Source: an uncultured Phycisphaeraceae bacterium
GTDB taxonomy: Bacteria; Planctomycetota; Phycisphaerae; Phycisphaerales; Phycisphaeraceae
Direction: 5' to 3'
Assembly: GCA_964425365.1 (NCBI GenBank)
Contig: CAYRND010000001.1
Location: forward strand, 1,708-65,707
DNA length: 64,000 bases
Below are positions 40,001 to 47,607 of the stretch, piece by piece. Both the position numbers and the translations under genes were made by a program. Each line of letters starts with the position of its first letter. Position 1 is the first letter of the stretch. The notes under the pieces are model-generated. The model worked only from the letters and a program-made list of their open reading frames with translations, did no database searches and was not told the origin of the DNA.

Positions 40001-40783
40001 GTAAACCGGCCCGGTCAGCCAGTCTCGCTGCCAGAGCGTGAAGTCGGCGTACTGGATCGGAAGGGGTTCCAGTGGCGACGGGCGGTTCCGGACATAGGCG
40101 TCGTATAGTTGTTTCAGCTCATTCACCAGGATACCGAGAGACCAGCCGTCGGCGACGATATGATGGATCGATAAGAGGAACCAGTGTTCCTCCGGCTTCA
40201 GCTTCAGGAGCTTCGCCCGCAGCAGAGGTGTGCGTGTCAGGTCGAACGGAATCAAATATTCCTGCCGTGCGATTTCATTGCCTCGTCGCTCTCGCTCGTC
40301 GTCGGGCAGGTTACTCAGATCGATCAGCTCCAGCTTGAGCTGGATACTGACCTCGATGCGTTGAACGGATTCTCCGTTCAATTGCTCGAAGCAGGTTCGC
40401 AGTGACTCATGGCGGCGAATCACTTCGTTCAGACTTCGCTCGAGTGCCGCGATATTCAGCGTTCCGTGCAGGCGAAGCGCCCTGAGCATATTGTAGTGAT
40501 GACTGTTCGGAATAAGCTGATCGAGGAACCAGAGCCGCTGCTGGGCATAACTGAGCGGTACCGGCCGGGTACGTGATACGGCTTTGATCGGACCGGACCC
40601 TGACGATTGCATACGCTGCGCCGCCCGGAGGAATTGGATGATCGCCTCCTTATGCATGACGATCTCGCCGCGAAGCGAGTCCGTCATGACATTCGCCGGG
40701 GCATCGAATTGCAAACGATCATCATTTAATCGCAGACGAATATCCAGTTCGCGTAACCTGGACAGTAAATCCGATACACTCAT
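34100..40783 (-). CDS. NRPS, two modules: TubC-like N-terminal docking domain-C-A-T-C-A-T
   Basis: Docking domain MSVSDLLSRLRELDIRLRLNDDRLQFDAPANVM. C motifs HHIVADGWS and HHIIIDGWS. A motifs YLIYTSGSTGQPKGI and YVMYTSGSMGKPKGV. T motifs GGHSL and GGNSL. ATGA overlap with the upstream NRPS. Confidence 0.95.
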   Translation of the reverse strand: MSVSDLLSRLRELDIRLRLNDDRLQFDAPANVMTDSLRGEIVMHKEAIIQFLRAAQRMQSSGSGPIKAVSRTRPVPLSYAQQRLWFLDQLIPNSHHYNMLRALRLHGTLNIAALERSLNEVIRRHESLRTCFEQLNGESVQRIEVSIQLKLELIDLSNLPDDERERRGNEIARQEYLIPFDLTRTPLLRAKLLKLKPEEHWFLLSIHHIVADGWSLGILVNELKQLYDAYVRNRPSPLEPLPIQYADFTLWQRDWLTGPVYQEQLDYWKQKLAGFAALQLPTDHPRPAIQTYNGNHKKIEFSESMTQALHAFTRQEHVTLFMVLISAFYILLHRYSGQDDIVIGSPIANRNRSEIERLIGFFVNTLPLRCDLSGDPGFRELLSRMRDNVMKAYEYQDIPFEKLVEAIQPERDMSRNPLFQVMLVLQNQGVDTFEFTGLTVGHLPVPNTTSKFDLLFSLEEHEGCLLGVMEYNTDLYNDDTIQRMLGHYEQILTHVLASPTSPISQIRLLTESEEHVLLHEWNATACKHGGDQVIHRMFERSVLSNPDAVAVEYQGTSLSYRRLNELANDLAIELRASGAGPDVPVAIMLNRSLEMVISVLAVLKAGSAYVALDPSYPASRLSFTMSDTGAGIMLSESSLSHVRPAGDYQTILVDGRADNDAPGSDTGPEDITRAEHAAYLIYTSGSTGQPKGIVMSHGALCNLLHWQLSQTTSGVKAKTLQFASLGFDVSFQEIFSTWCGGGTLVVIPESLRLDMVALLKLIDTASVQRLFVPFIALLHLAEEAVYNDVYPESLREIITAGEQLQITPPIAAWFEKLGDCTLHNQYGPSESHVVTSYTLTGSPSTWPLLPPIGRPIDNARMYILDPQRRPVPVGVPGELYIGGTCLARGYLNRIDLTSEKFIADPFSTDPGSRLYRSGDLVHYLPDGNIQFLGRLDTQVKIRGFRIELSEIESVLSLHPAVKAVAVIAREFSPGDKRLVAYVTCHNPDDWPGVAELREFLQDKLPEYMLPSAFVQMDELPLSTNNKVDRQALPSPDRNTISDVKGYVAPTGMIETRLAEIWKSVMKLDRAGAHNNFFESGGHSLDAIRLISRVNQAFQVNYPLQAFFDNPTISAMAGQIEDLQRESRSSHQAPQLTTIDRESQLPLSFAQQRLWLLDQMEPGKAGYCIPLPVRLRGRLHVPVLEKALNELVSRHEVFRTRIIPDEGRPHQQIENSAVVNIKQTDLSALPPRDQDAALQSAYQEAAQTAFDLSQCPLFRIHLIQLADDEHILIIIFHHIIIDGWSLGVFVDELGDLYESYLDDHASPLEPLPIQYVDYAYWQRQYLRDQMLQQHVDYWKHRLGAEPPVLNLLTDRPRPSTVTYCGSGHRLPLSASLSDSLRQMSQRESVTLFTTLFTAFAVLLHRYSGQDDFVIGSPIAGRTRIETEKLIGFFVNMLPLRTDLSGEPTFHELLQRNQRMVSSSFDYQAMPFEKLIDELKLERDMSRNPLFQVTFALQNAPFKPLQLKGLEIGPVEMPYKTARYDIEVHVWERDGILVPVFIYNTDLFDSTTIQRMLEHYRVLLENIVSEPDRRISELSMLSDRDRHEILTSWSRNDVDYPRDASIQSLFEAQVEQYPSSIALVHNERRITYEQLNARSNQIAHRLIEQGVEQDTLVAFYMDRGPEMIAAMLGILKAGGAYVPLDMSYPAERLSFMISDTGVKVILTDEAGIADLPEHSSTVFNLSDSRDLPGDYSTGNPEPRSSGGDLAYVMYTSGSMGKPKGVMIHHRGVVRLANQPDYIELGPTACIPQLSNSSFDASTFEIWGALLTGCKLVLIDKEMLLSSQLFLDCIKREKINTMFLTTSVFNLFAKESTSILSAVDQVIFGGEAADPKWVRHALAKKPTGRLVNGYGPTECTTFACCFQVNSVPEGARSIPIGRPIANTSAYVLDARQAPVPVGVTGELYLGGDGLARGYLNRPELTAERFVPNPFSRSENDNLLYRTGDLVRWLPSGDLDYLGRHDEQVKVRGYRIELEEIRSVLCNHEQIADSVVILREDVPNDKRLVGYVVAKAGENPDMISLRDYLKKKLPDYMIPSALMPVEHIPLTPNGKVDRRALPAPAGLDPIKGGFVEPKTVLEKQLVDIWRDILRIDHIGLNDNFFDMGGNSLLIVRLRSRVAAVLKLDIPVVDLFRNPTIRSLVDYLGNDKEADARTEQEQKQAVVKTIDEGRDRLRNRLIKSRAVSTRRE

Positions 40784-43700
40784 AATTCACCACTTTCCCG
40801 GTCTGATGATGACACTGCATCGTCCAGTGCCGTTACTGATGTTCTGCCGGCCCAATAGACCATCTCGATCAATTTCGCCTGCTCGGCGATCGTGGCATGC
40901 TCGAACATGCTGCTTAACGGTAATTCCACACCCAGCTCCTGACGCAGGCGGCTGACCACACGTGTGGCCAGTAAGGAATGGCCGCCTATTTCAAAGAAAC
41001 GCTCGTATATCCCGACGGTTTTCATCCCGAGGACTGCACGCCAGATCGAAGCAATGCGTTCTTCAAGCTCATTGCGAGGCGGGACCAGTTTGTCTTCCGG
41101 CAGGCTGCGAAGTTCCGGTTTCGGCAGCTTGCGTCGATCGACCTTGCCGTTCGGTGACAGCGGCAGTTCATCCATGGGTACCAGTACGGGTGGTACCATA
41201 TAGTCCGGCAATTTGCATTGCAGGTATGTCCTGATCTGTTCCAGGTCGGCCGTTTCGCCATTGAATGGGACAATATAGCCGATCAGACGTTTATCACCCG
41301 GTTCGCGTTCATGAACGTTGACCACCGCCTCACGCACGTTTTCGTGTGACGCCAGAACCGATTCAATTTCGCCCAGTTCAATGCGGAACCCCCGGATTTT
41401 CACCTGGTCGTCTCGCCGACCGCCGAATTCCAGGTTGCCGTCACCGAGCAGGCGAACGATATCACCCGTTCGATAAAGGCAGGCGTCTTGATCATTACTG
41501 AAAGGATTTCGAACGAATCGTTCGGCTGTCAACTCCGGCCGGTTCAAATAGCCGGCCGCCAGGCCGTCGCCGCCGATGTATAATTCGCCCCAGACCCCTT
41601 CAGGGACCAGGTTCATGTGAGTGTCCATGACGTACGCGGTGGTGTTCGGGATCAGCCGGCCGATGGGGATCGAATTGAGCGGGACCGGCAGGTTTGCAGG
41701 AATGCGGTAACAGCAGGTGAAGGTCGTATTTTCCGTCGGGCCGTATCCGTTAATGAGCCGGACGCCCGGCAGATCTGCTAAACCCTGCCGGATATGCGGT
41801 ACCGACAGCGCCTCACCACCCGTTAACAGCTGCTTCAATCCTCGCAGCACTTCCGGTGATTCGCCGATCAGCAGGTTGAATAACGAGGACGTCAGCCACA
41901 TCGTACTCACACGTTCACGCGTAATCACTTCACCCAGTTCACGGGCGCTCGGGACCGCAGACGGGAATAGCACGCAGCGGCCGCCGTTAAGCAGCGATCC
42001 CCAGATCTCGAATGTGGAGGCGTCAAAGGAGATCGGCGCCAGTTGTAACAACACCTCGTCGGTGCCGAGCTCAACGTAATCAACGTTCGTTACCAGGCGG
42101 ACGACGCCACGGTGGCGGACCATGACACCCTTCGGCCGGCCGGTTGAGCCCGAGGTATACATGATGTACGCCAGGTCAGTCGGTTCGGTATCAATACCGG
42201 GATTGGAAACGGGCATCGACGATAAATCCATGTCATCGCCGTCCAGGCAGACCGGTTGGGAAGCGGATGCAGGAATACCGTCGCACAGCGATCGATGGGA
42301 AAGGATAATCGGCGTACGCGTATCTTCCAGCATGAACGACAGTCGCTGCGACGGGTAGCTCGGGTCAAGCGGTACGTACGCGCCACCGGCTTTGAGAATG
42401 GCCAGTATTGATACGATCACGTCGATACTGCGATGCATGTACAGGCCGACGAGATCGCCCCGGACGATACCCCTGCCGATCAGCCAATGTGCCAACTGGT
42501 TTGCTCGTTCATTCAACGCCTTGTACGTGATCCGCTCGTTGCCCCATACCAACGCGATCGATTCCGGCGACTGTTTCGCATGGTCTTCGAACAGGGTGTG
42601 AATACAACGGTTCCGCGGATAGGAATAAGCCCGGCCGTTCCAATCAACGAGTTGCCGGGTACGCTCTTCGGGGCTTAACAGGCTCAGCTCCGAAACGTGA
42701 CGATCGTCATTGCTGATCATGTCGGCCAGGATGGATTGATAATGACCCGCCATCCGTTCGACCGTCGAACGATCGAATAAGTCCGTGTTGTATTCCCAGA
42801 CGATCGAAAATCCATCCGAGTCGCCCGCGTGTTTTCCGAACCGTTGTGAAGTATGCGGAACAACGATGATCGTCATGTCGAATTTAGACGAGCCGTTATT
42901 CAAGCCCAGTGTCAGCTCGCCGGTCAGGCCCGAGTGGGTACCCTGTGGCATGGGTGCGTCATGCAGTCCGAACATGACCTGGAACAGCGGGTTGTAACTG
43001 ATATTCCGCTCGGGTTGAACCGCTTCCACCACGCGATCGAACGGGACGTCCTGGTTCGCATACGCCTCGACTGAAATCCGGCGGATCTGCTTCATGAGTT
43101 CACGGATCGTCGGATTATTCGATACATCGCATCGCAGGACCACGTTATTGATGATCATGCCGATCAACGATTCCATTTCGGACAGGCGGCGATTTGCCAT
43201 GCCCGTGCCGATATTGATATCCGTCTGGCCGCTGTATCGATAAAACAACGCAGCCAGGCCGGCCAGCAGGATCATGAACTGCGTGTTATCGCTCCGTCGA
43301 CTATAGTCACAGATCATGCGGCTCAGTTTGGAAGGTAAATCAAATCGCATTGCCGCGCCGTTGAAAGTCTGGACCGACTGGCGAGGCCGATCGTAAGGCA
43401 GCTCCAGCAGCGGCGAGGCGCCTGAGAGCTGTCTTCGCCAGTATGACAACTGCTGATCGGCCTGCTCACTTTCGGACCACGTTCGCTGCCAATGTGAAAA
43501 ATCAGCGAATTGGATCGCCGGCTCCGGCAGGCACGAGTCCCGGCCGGCCTGGTACGATTCATACAGGGATAATAACTCGCCTAGGAATACGTTGATCGAC
43601 CAGCCGTCATGCACCAGATGGTGCTCGATGTGTAATAATTCGTAATCGTCATCGCCATGCTGAAGCAGCATCCAGCGGATCAGGTACAGTCGTTCGATGT

Positions 43701-46700
43701 CGAAGGGCCGGCGTATTTCCCGCTCGATGATCGCGTCAGCACGCCGCCTTGTGCCTCCTTCGCCGCCATCCGATCTCAGGTCAATCACGTCAAGAGTGAT
43801 CGGCTGGGGATCATGTATGACCTGGACGGTTCGGCCGTCTGTAAGCGTTTTGAATGTCGTGCGGTAGATCTCGTGACGACGGATGATTTCATTGAGGCTT
43901 CTTTCGAGTGCATGAATATTCAGGTTGCCATGCAGACGGATCGTCGCCTGGAAGTTGTATGCGATAGTGCCCGGGTCCAACTGGTGAATGAAGCAGACGC
44001 GTTCCTGGGCAGACGAAACCGGCAGATTCTCGCGACGCTCAACATGCTCGATGACCGACGGCCGCGCTCGCCCGGCCGGGGTGGTCGGCAGTTCAATACA
44101 CTCGGCAAGTTCACGAAGTGATCGGCTGTCGAATATCCGGTCGATCGTAAGTTCCGCATTGTATCGATCGTGAAGTCTGGCGATAATCTGAACGGCGTGG
44201 AGAGAATGGCCGCCCAGTGCGTGAAAATTGTCCGTTGCACTGGCGCGATCGATCCCCAGCACTTCCTGCCACAGGTCCGCCAGCACCTTTTCTTCCCGTG
44301 TTCGGGGCGGGACATACATTCCGTCATCATCATGTTCGCGGCCGCTGGAAGGCGCGGGTAGCGATTTTCGGTCGACTTTGCCGTTCGGCGTCAGCGGCAG
44401 CGAACCGAGAAATAAAAATTTCGATGGAATCATATACCCGGGCAGCATGGTGCGTAAATGATCGCAAAGCATCGCTTCGTCCGGTTCCCCGCCGTCGTGC
44501 AGGACCACGTAACCGACCAGGCGTTTATCGCCTGGTTCATCTTCACGCAGCATGACGAACGTTTCACTCACCGACGGATGTTCCGACAGGACTGATTCGA
44601 TTTCACCCAGCTCGATTCGAAATCCCCGCAGCTTGACCTGGCTGTCGAGCCGGCCGAGGAATACCAGTGTTCCGTCATCTCGCCGTCGGACAAGATCGCC
44701 TGTGCGATACAGACATGATTCGCCGTTACGATCAAACGGATTGGTAACGAACTTTTCTCGTGTCAGCTCATCGTGGCCGAGGTAACCCAGTGCCAGGCCG
44801 TCGCCGCCGATGTATAATTCGCCCGGCTCGCCCGGGGCCACCGGCCGCTTATTACGATCGAGCACGTAGATACGCGTGTTCGCGATCGCCCGGCCGATCG
44901 GAACGGTCCAGGCATCCGCCGGTACCGATTTCACCTCGTACCAGGAGGTGAAAGTCGTATTCTCCGTCGGGCCGTAGACATGAAGCAGTCGCACCGGCCC
45001 GTTCTCATCAAGTACACGCCGAACCCATTGCGGATCGACCTGTTCGCCGCCGAAGAGCACATGCGATACATTCGCAATCGCACCCGGCGACTGCTTCGCC
45101 AGGACATTGAAAAGCGCCGTTGTCAGAAACAGTACTGTAACGCCGTCCGACTTCAGACGTTCGGCCAGTCGCGGCGGTGAAAGCACCGTTTCGCGATCAA
45201 GTACCACCAGCGTGGCTCCGGAAAGCAGGGCGCTCCATATCTCGAAGGTCGAGGCGTCGAACGAACAGTTCGACACATGCGCGACGCGATCCGATGCTGT
45301 CAGTGACAGGTAATCCGTGTCACAGACCAGGCGGACGATCCCGCGATGCGGGATCATCACACCCTTGGGCTGACCTGTTGAGCCGGAGGTGTACATGACA
45401 TAAGCAAGGTCATCGCCGCCGGTCGGGGTTTCGGGGTTATCAGTCGGCATGCTGTCAAGTGGCTCATCAGACCGGGCGAGATCGATCACCTGGACCCCGG
45501 GTCCCGCCGGTATGGCCGGGAGCGACCCGTCTGTGATAAGTACGCTGCAGCCGGAATCCGCCAGCATGTACGCCAGTCGATGTTCAGGATACCCGGGGTC
45601 CAGCGGCACGTAGGCGGCGCCCGCTTTGAGGATGCCCAGGATCGCGACAATCATCTCGATCGAACGGTCAAGATGGACGCAGACCAGTGATCCGCGACTC
45701 ACACCCGATGTCATCAGGTAATGTGCCAGACGGTTCGCCCGTTCGTTCAACGCACCGTATGTGTCATACCGCTCACCGTCGACGACAGCGATTGCTTCAG
45801 GTTTCGCGGCGGTGCAGCGTTCGAACAGCGAATGGACACCGGATTTACGTGGATAGTCAGTCGTCTCGCCGCTCCATGCGTCCTTGATCAACCTTCGCTG
45901 TGATTCATCAATTAAAGTCAACTCGTCAACGGCACTTGAAGGTGACGCAACTGCCTGTTCAAGTACATACAGATACTGTCGCATGAAGCGCCGGGCTGTT
46001 TCGTTATCAAACAGCTCGTGTGAGTAGACCATTGAAACTGTGTAACGGCAGCCGTCATCACGGACGTCCAGCACCAGGTCATGACTCAGCGGATAGTAGT
46101 CATGGTGTAGAACCTCGATTGTAAGTTCTACGGAATCATAGCGTCGGACAAGGTCACCGGTTCCGCAGCGGATCGTAACGTTCGGCATTCCACCGGCGGT
46201 GCGATTTTCGATACCGGCCGGTTGCCGGATGAAACGTTCGATCAGGTCATTGACTGTTGTATGGTCATGGAAGTCCGCACAGACGATCTGCTCTTGATCG
46301 CCCGCCATCCACGCGGGCTCGCCTGCCGGATCGAAGGGCGATTCCGATACCATCCCGAACGATAATGATTCCGACGGATCCAGGTGATGGCACCACGCGG
46401 CCAGTGCCGCCGCGAATACCGCTGAGTCGGGGACGTGTATTTTCTGCATACGGCTTCTGATCCGATCCGACATCAGTTCATCAAGACGGCGGCAGATCAG
46501 CGAGCCTTGGCCGCTGCCCGGCACCGGCCGGATGCGGTCGCGTGGCAGACGGATCAGCTCGGCGGCGGTTAATTCCTCCGGTATCGCCGGGCGCGTGTCG
46601 TCCGAGACAACCTCAGATCTGCTTTCATCGCCCGGGTGGTAAGGATATGTATATCGTTCACCCGCTTCCTCGGCCGCGTAACAGGCAAATAGTTCGTTCG

Positions 46701-47220
46701 TCAATGACACAAGCGACCGAGCGGAGCAGCATATGGCGTGTGACGTGAGCAGCAGAATATGGTCATGAGTTCCCAGTTCGATCAGTGTCGGTCGAATCAG
46801 CGGCCCGCGTGACAAGTCGAACTCACGCCGGACGTGATCCGCAATGAGCTGATCCAATTTCTCCCGGTTGTTCTGTTTGACCAGGGCGACCTTCTCAAGT
46901 ACTGGAGCGGCATCCACGCCGCGTTTACGAACAGGACTGCCAGCCTTCTCGATGAACGCCATGCGAAGCCGGGGGGTATGGCCGCACAGGACGTGCAGTG
47001 CGCGAGCAAGTGAATCTGTTTTCAGTTCACCTGTGATATGAACGGCAAAGTGATTGTGAAGTCTGATATCGCCCGGGTCCATTTGCTCGCGATACCAGAT
47101 CGACTGCTCCGCATGAGAGAGTATACCGGCGAACTCATCGGTTACAGGATTGATATCAGTATCCGCATTATCTGTGACAATTGATCTGCTGCCGGATTCG
47201 GGAGATACACCCATGACCAT
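40780..47220 (-). CDS. NRPS, loading plus one elongation module: degenerate starter C-like domain-A-T-C-A-T
   Basis: The N-terminal region of about 430 aa has a C-domain fold, but the active-site motif reads SHAICCS (aa 160-166, nt 46743-46723) instead of HHxxxDG. This is followed by A (YVMYTSGSTGQPKGV), T (GGHSL), C (HHLVHDGWS), A (YIMYTSGSTGRPKGV) and T (GGHSL). The C-terminal tail is acidic: ..SSDRESGEL. Confidence 0.95.
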   Translation of the reverse strand: MVMGVSPESGSRSIVTDNADTDINPVTDEFAGILSHAEQSIWYREQMDPGDIRLHNHFAVHITGELKTDSLARALHVLCGHTPRLRMAFIEKAGSPVRKRGVDAAPVLEKVALVKQNNREKLDQLIADHVRREFDLSRGPLIRPTLIELGTHDHILLLTSHAICCSARSLVSLTNELFACYAAEEAGERYTYPYHPGDESRSEVVSDDTRPAIPEELTAAELIRLPRDRIRPVPGSGQGSLICRRLDELMSDRIRSRMQKIHVPDSAVFAAALAAWCHHLDPSESLSFGMVSESPFDPAGEPAWMAGDQEQIVCADFHDHTTVNDLIERFIRQPAGIENRTAGGMPNVTIRCGTGDLVRRYDSVELTIEVLHHDYYPLSHDLVLDVRDDGCRYTVSMVYSHELFDNETARRFMRQYLYVLEQAVASPSSAVDELTLIDESQRRLIKDAWSGETTDYPRKSGVHSLFERCTAAKPEAIAVVDGERYDTYGALNERANRLAHYLMTSGVSRGSLVCVHLDRSIEMIVAILGILKAGAAYVPLDPGYPEHRLAYMLADSGCSVLITDGSLPAIPAGPGVQVIDLARSDEPLDSMPTDNPETPTGGDDLAYVMYTSGSTGQPKGVMIPHRGIVRLVCDTDYLSLTASDRVAHVSNCSFDASTFEIWSALLSGATLVVLDRETVLSPPRLAERLKSDGVTVLFLTTALFNVLAKQSPGAIANVSHVLFGGEQVDPQWVRRVLDENGPVRLLHVYGPTENTTFTSWYEVKSVPADAWTVPIGRAIANTRIYVLDRNKRPVAPGEPGELYIGGDGLALGYLGHDELTREKFVTNPFDRNGESCLYRTGDLVRRRDDGTLVFLGRLDSQVKLRGFRIELGEIESVLSEHPSVSETFVMLREDEPGDKRLVGYVVLHDGGEPDEAMLCDHLRTMLPGYMIPSKFLFLGSLPLTPNGKVDRKSLPAPSSGREHDDDGMYVPPRTREEKVLADLWQEVLGIDRASATDNFHALGGHSLHAVQIIARLHDRYNAELTIDRIFDSRSLRELAECIELPTTPAGRARPSVIEHVERRENLPVSSAQERVCFIHQLDPGTIAYNFQATIRLHGNLNIHALERSLNEIIRRHEIYRTTFKTLTDGRTVQVIHDPQPITLDVIDLRSDGGEGGTRRRADAIIEREIRRPFDIERLYLIRWMLLQHGDDDYELLHIEHHLVHDGWSINVFLGELLSLYESYQAGRDSCLPEPAIQFADFSHWQRTWSESEQADQQLSYWRRQLSGASPLLELPYDRPRQSVQTFNGAAMRFDLPSKLSRMICDYSRRSDNTQFMILLAGLAALFYRYSGQTDINIGTGMANRRLSEMESLIGMIINNVVLRCDVSNNPTIRELMKQIRRISVEAYANQDVPFDRVVEAVQPERNISYNPLFQVMFGLHDAPMPQGTHSGLTGELTLGLNNGSSKFDMTIIVVPHTSQRFGKHAGDSDGFSIVWEYNTDLFDRSTVERMAGHYQSILADMISNDDRHVSELSLLSPEERTRQLVDWNGRAYSYPRNRCIHTLFEDHAKQSPESIALVWGNERITYKALNERANQLAHWLIGRGIVRGDLVGLYMHRSIDVIVSILAILKAGGAYVPLDPSYPSQRLSFMLEDTRTPIILSHRSLCDGIPASASQPVCLDGDDMDLSSMPVSNPGIDTEPTDLAYIMYTSGSTGRPKGVMVRHRGVVRLVTNVDYVELGTDEVLLQLAPISFDASTFEIWGSLLNGGRCVLFPSAVPSARELGEVITRERVSTMWLTSSLFNLLIGESPEVLRGLKQLLTGGEALSVPHIRQGLADLPGVRLINGYGPTENTTFTCCYRIPANLPVPLNSIPIGRLIPNTTAYVMDTHMNLVPEGVWGELYIGGDGLAAGYLNRPELTAERFVRNPFSNDQDACLYRTGDIVRLLGDGNLEFGGRRDDQVKIRGFRIELGEIESVLASHENVREAVVNVHEREPGDKRLIGYIVPFNGETADLEQIRTYLQCKLPDYMVPPVLVPMDELPLSPNGKVDRRKLPKPELRSLPEDKLVPPRNELEERIASIWRAVLGMKTVGIYERFFEIGGHSLLATRVVSRLRQELGVELPLSSMFEHATIAEQAKLIEMVYWAGRTSVTALDDAVSSSDRESGEL

Positions 47221-47607
47221 ATCACTCCGATTCGATATTCATAACAATAGTCATCACGAATGTCGCTGATACTCATTCTGGCCACGATCTCCGTCTCGAT
47301 GACGTTACGACATTCGTTTCAGATGAATTTTAAAACGGGTAAGTACTTCTCCCTGTCCTTGGGTAAACCATGACCTACCCAGCTATTTACGGCCCAACAT
47401 CTTAGCAGATATGGTTGTTGCAGTCGATTGATTTAACTGATTTTTTAAAAAGGGTACGCTTAATTGCTAATCAAAAAATAACACATTATGCAGGCTAGCC
47501 CGCCTGGTATGGCAATCTGGACGGATTACGCCAGAACACAGCGCAGCATCTAATGGAAAACCCTTAGAAATGAATAATGTGTGATGTTGATATGTCATCT
47601 GGGCGCG
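47221..47607 (-). promoter_or_regulatory. AT-rich leader/promoter region of the NRPS-PKS-EPS block (no specific site assigned)
   Basis: A 387-bp intergenic gap that is visibly AT-rich compared with its flanks (for example ttgatttaactgattttttaaaaagggtacgcttaattgctaatcaaaaaataac). It is the only sizeable gap upstream of the 43-kb co-directional block. Confidence 0.3.

Noticed and set aside
21836-47220. Dozens of antisense or off-frame ORFs inside the megasynthase genes (for example 25460..26119, 32761..33408, 35969..36457, 43657..44121, 39458..39880)
   Set aside because: All are embedded in uninterrupted NRPS/PKS frames of 1864-2227 aa with canonical domain motifs. None has recognisable motifs of its own.
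21836-47220. Search for TE, terminal reductase, epimerisation, methyltransferase or dual E/C domains in the assembly line
   Set aside because: None was found. Protein lengths are fully accounted for by dock/C/A/T (and KS/AT/KR/DH/ACP) domains. No GxSxG-containing C-terminal domain, no second HHxxxDG per module and no SAM-binding motif was seen by eye. This is reported as an absence, not as a feature.
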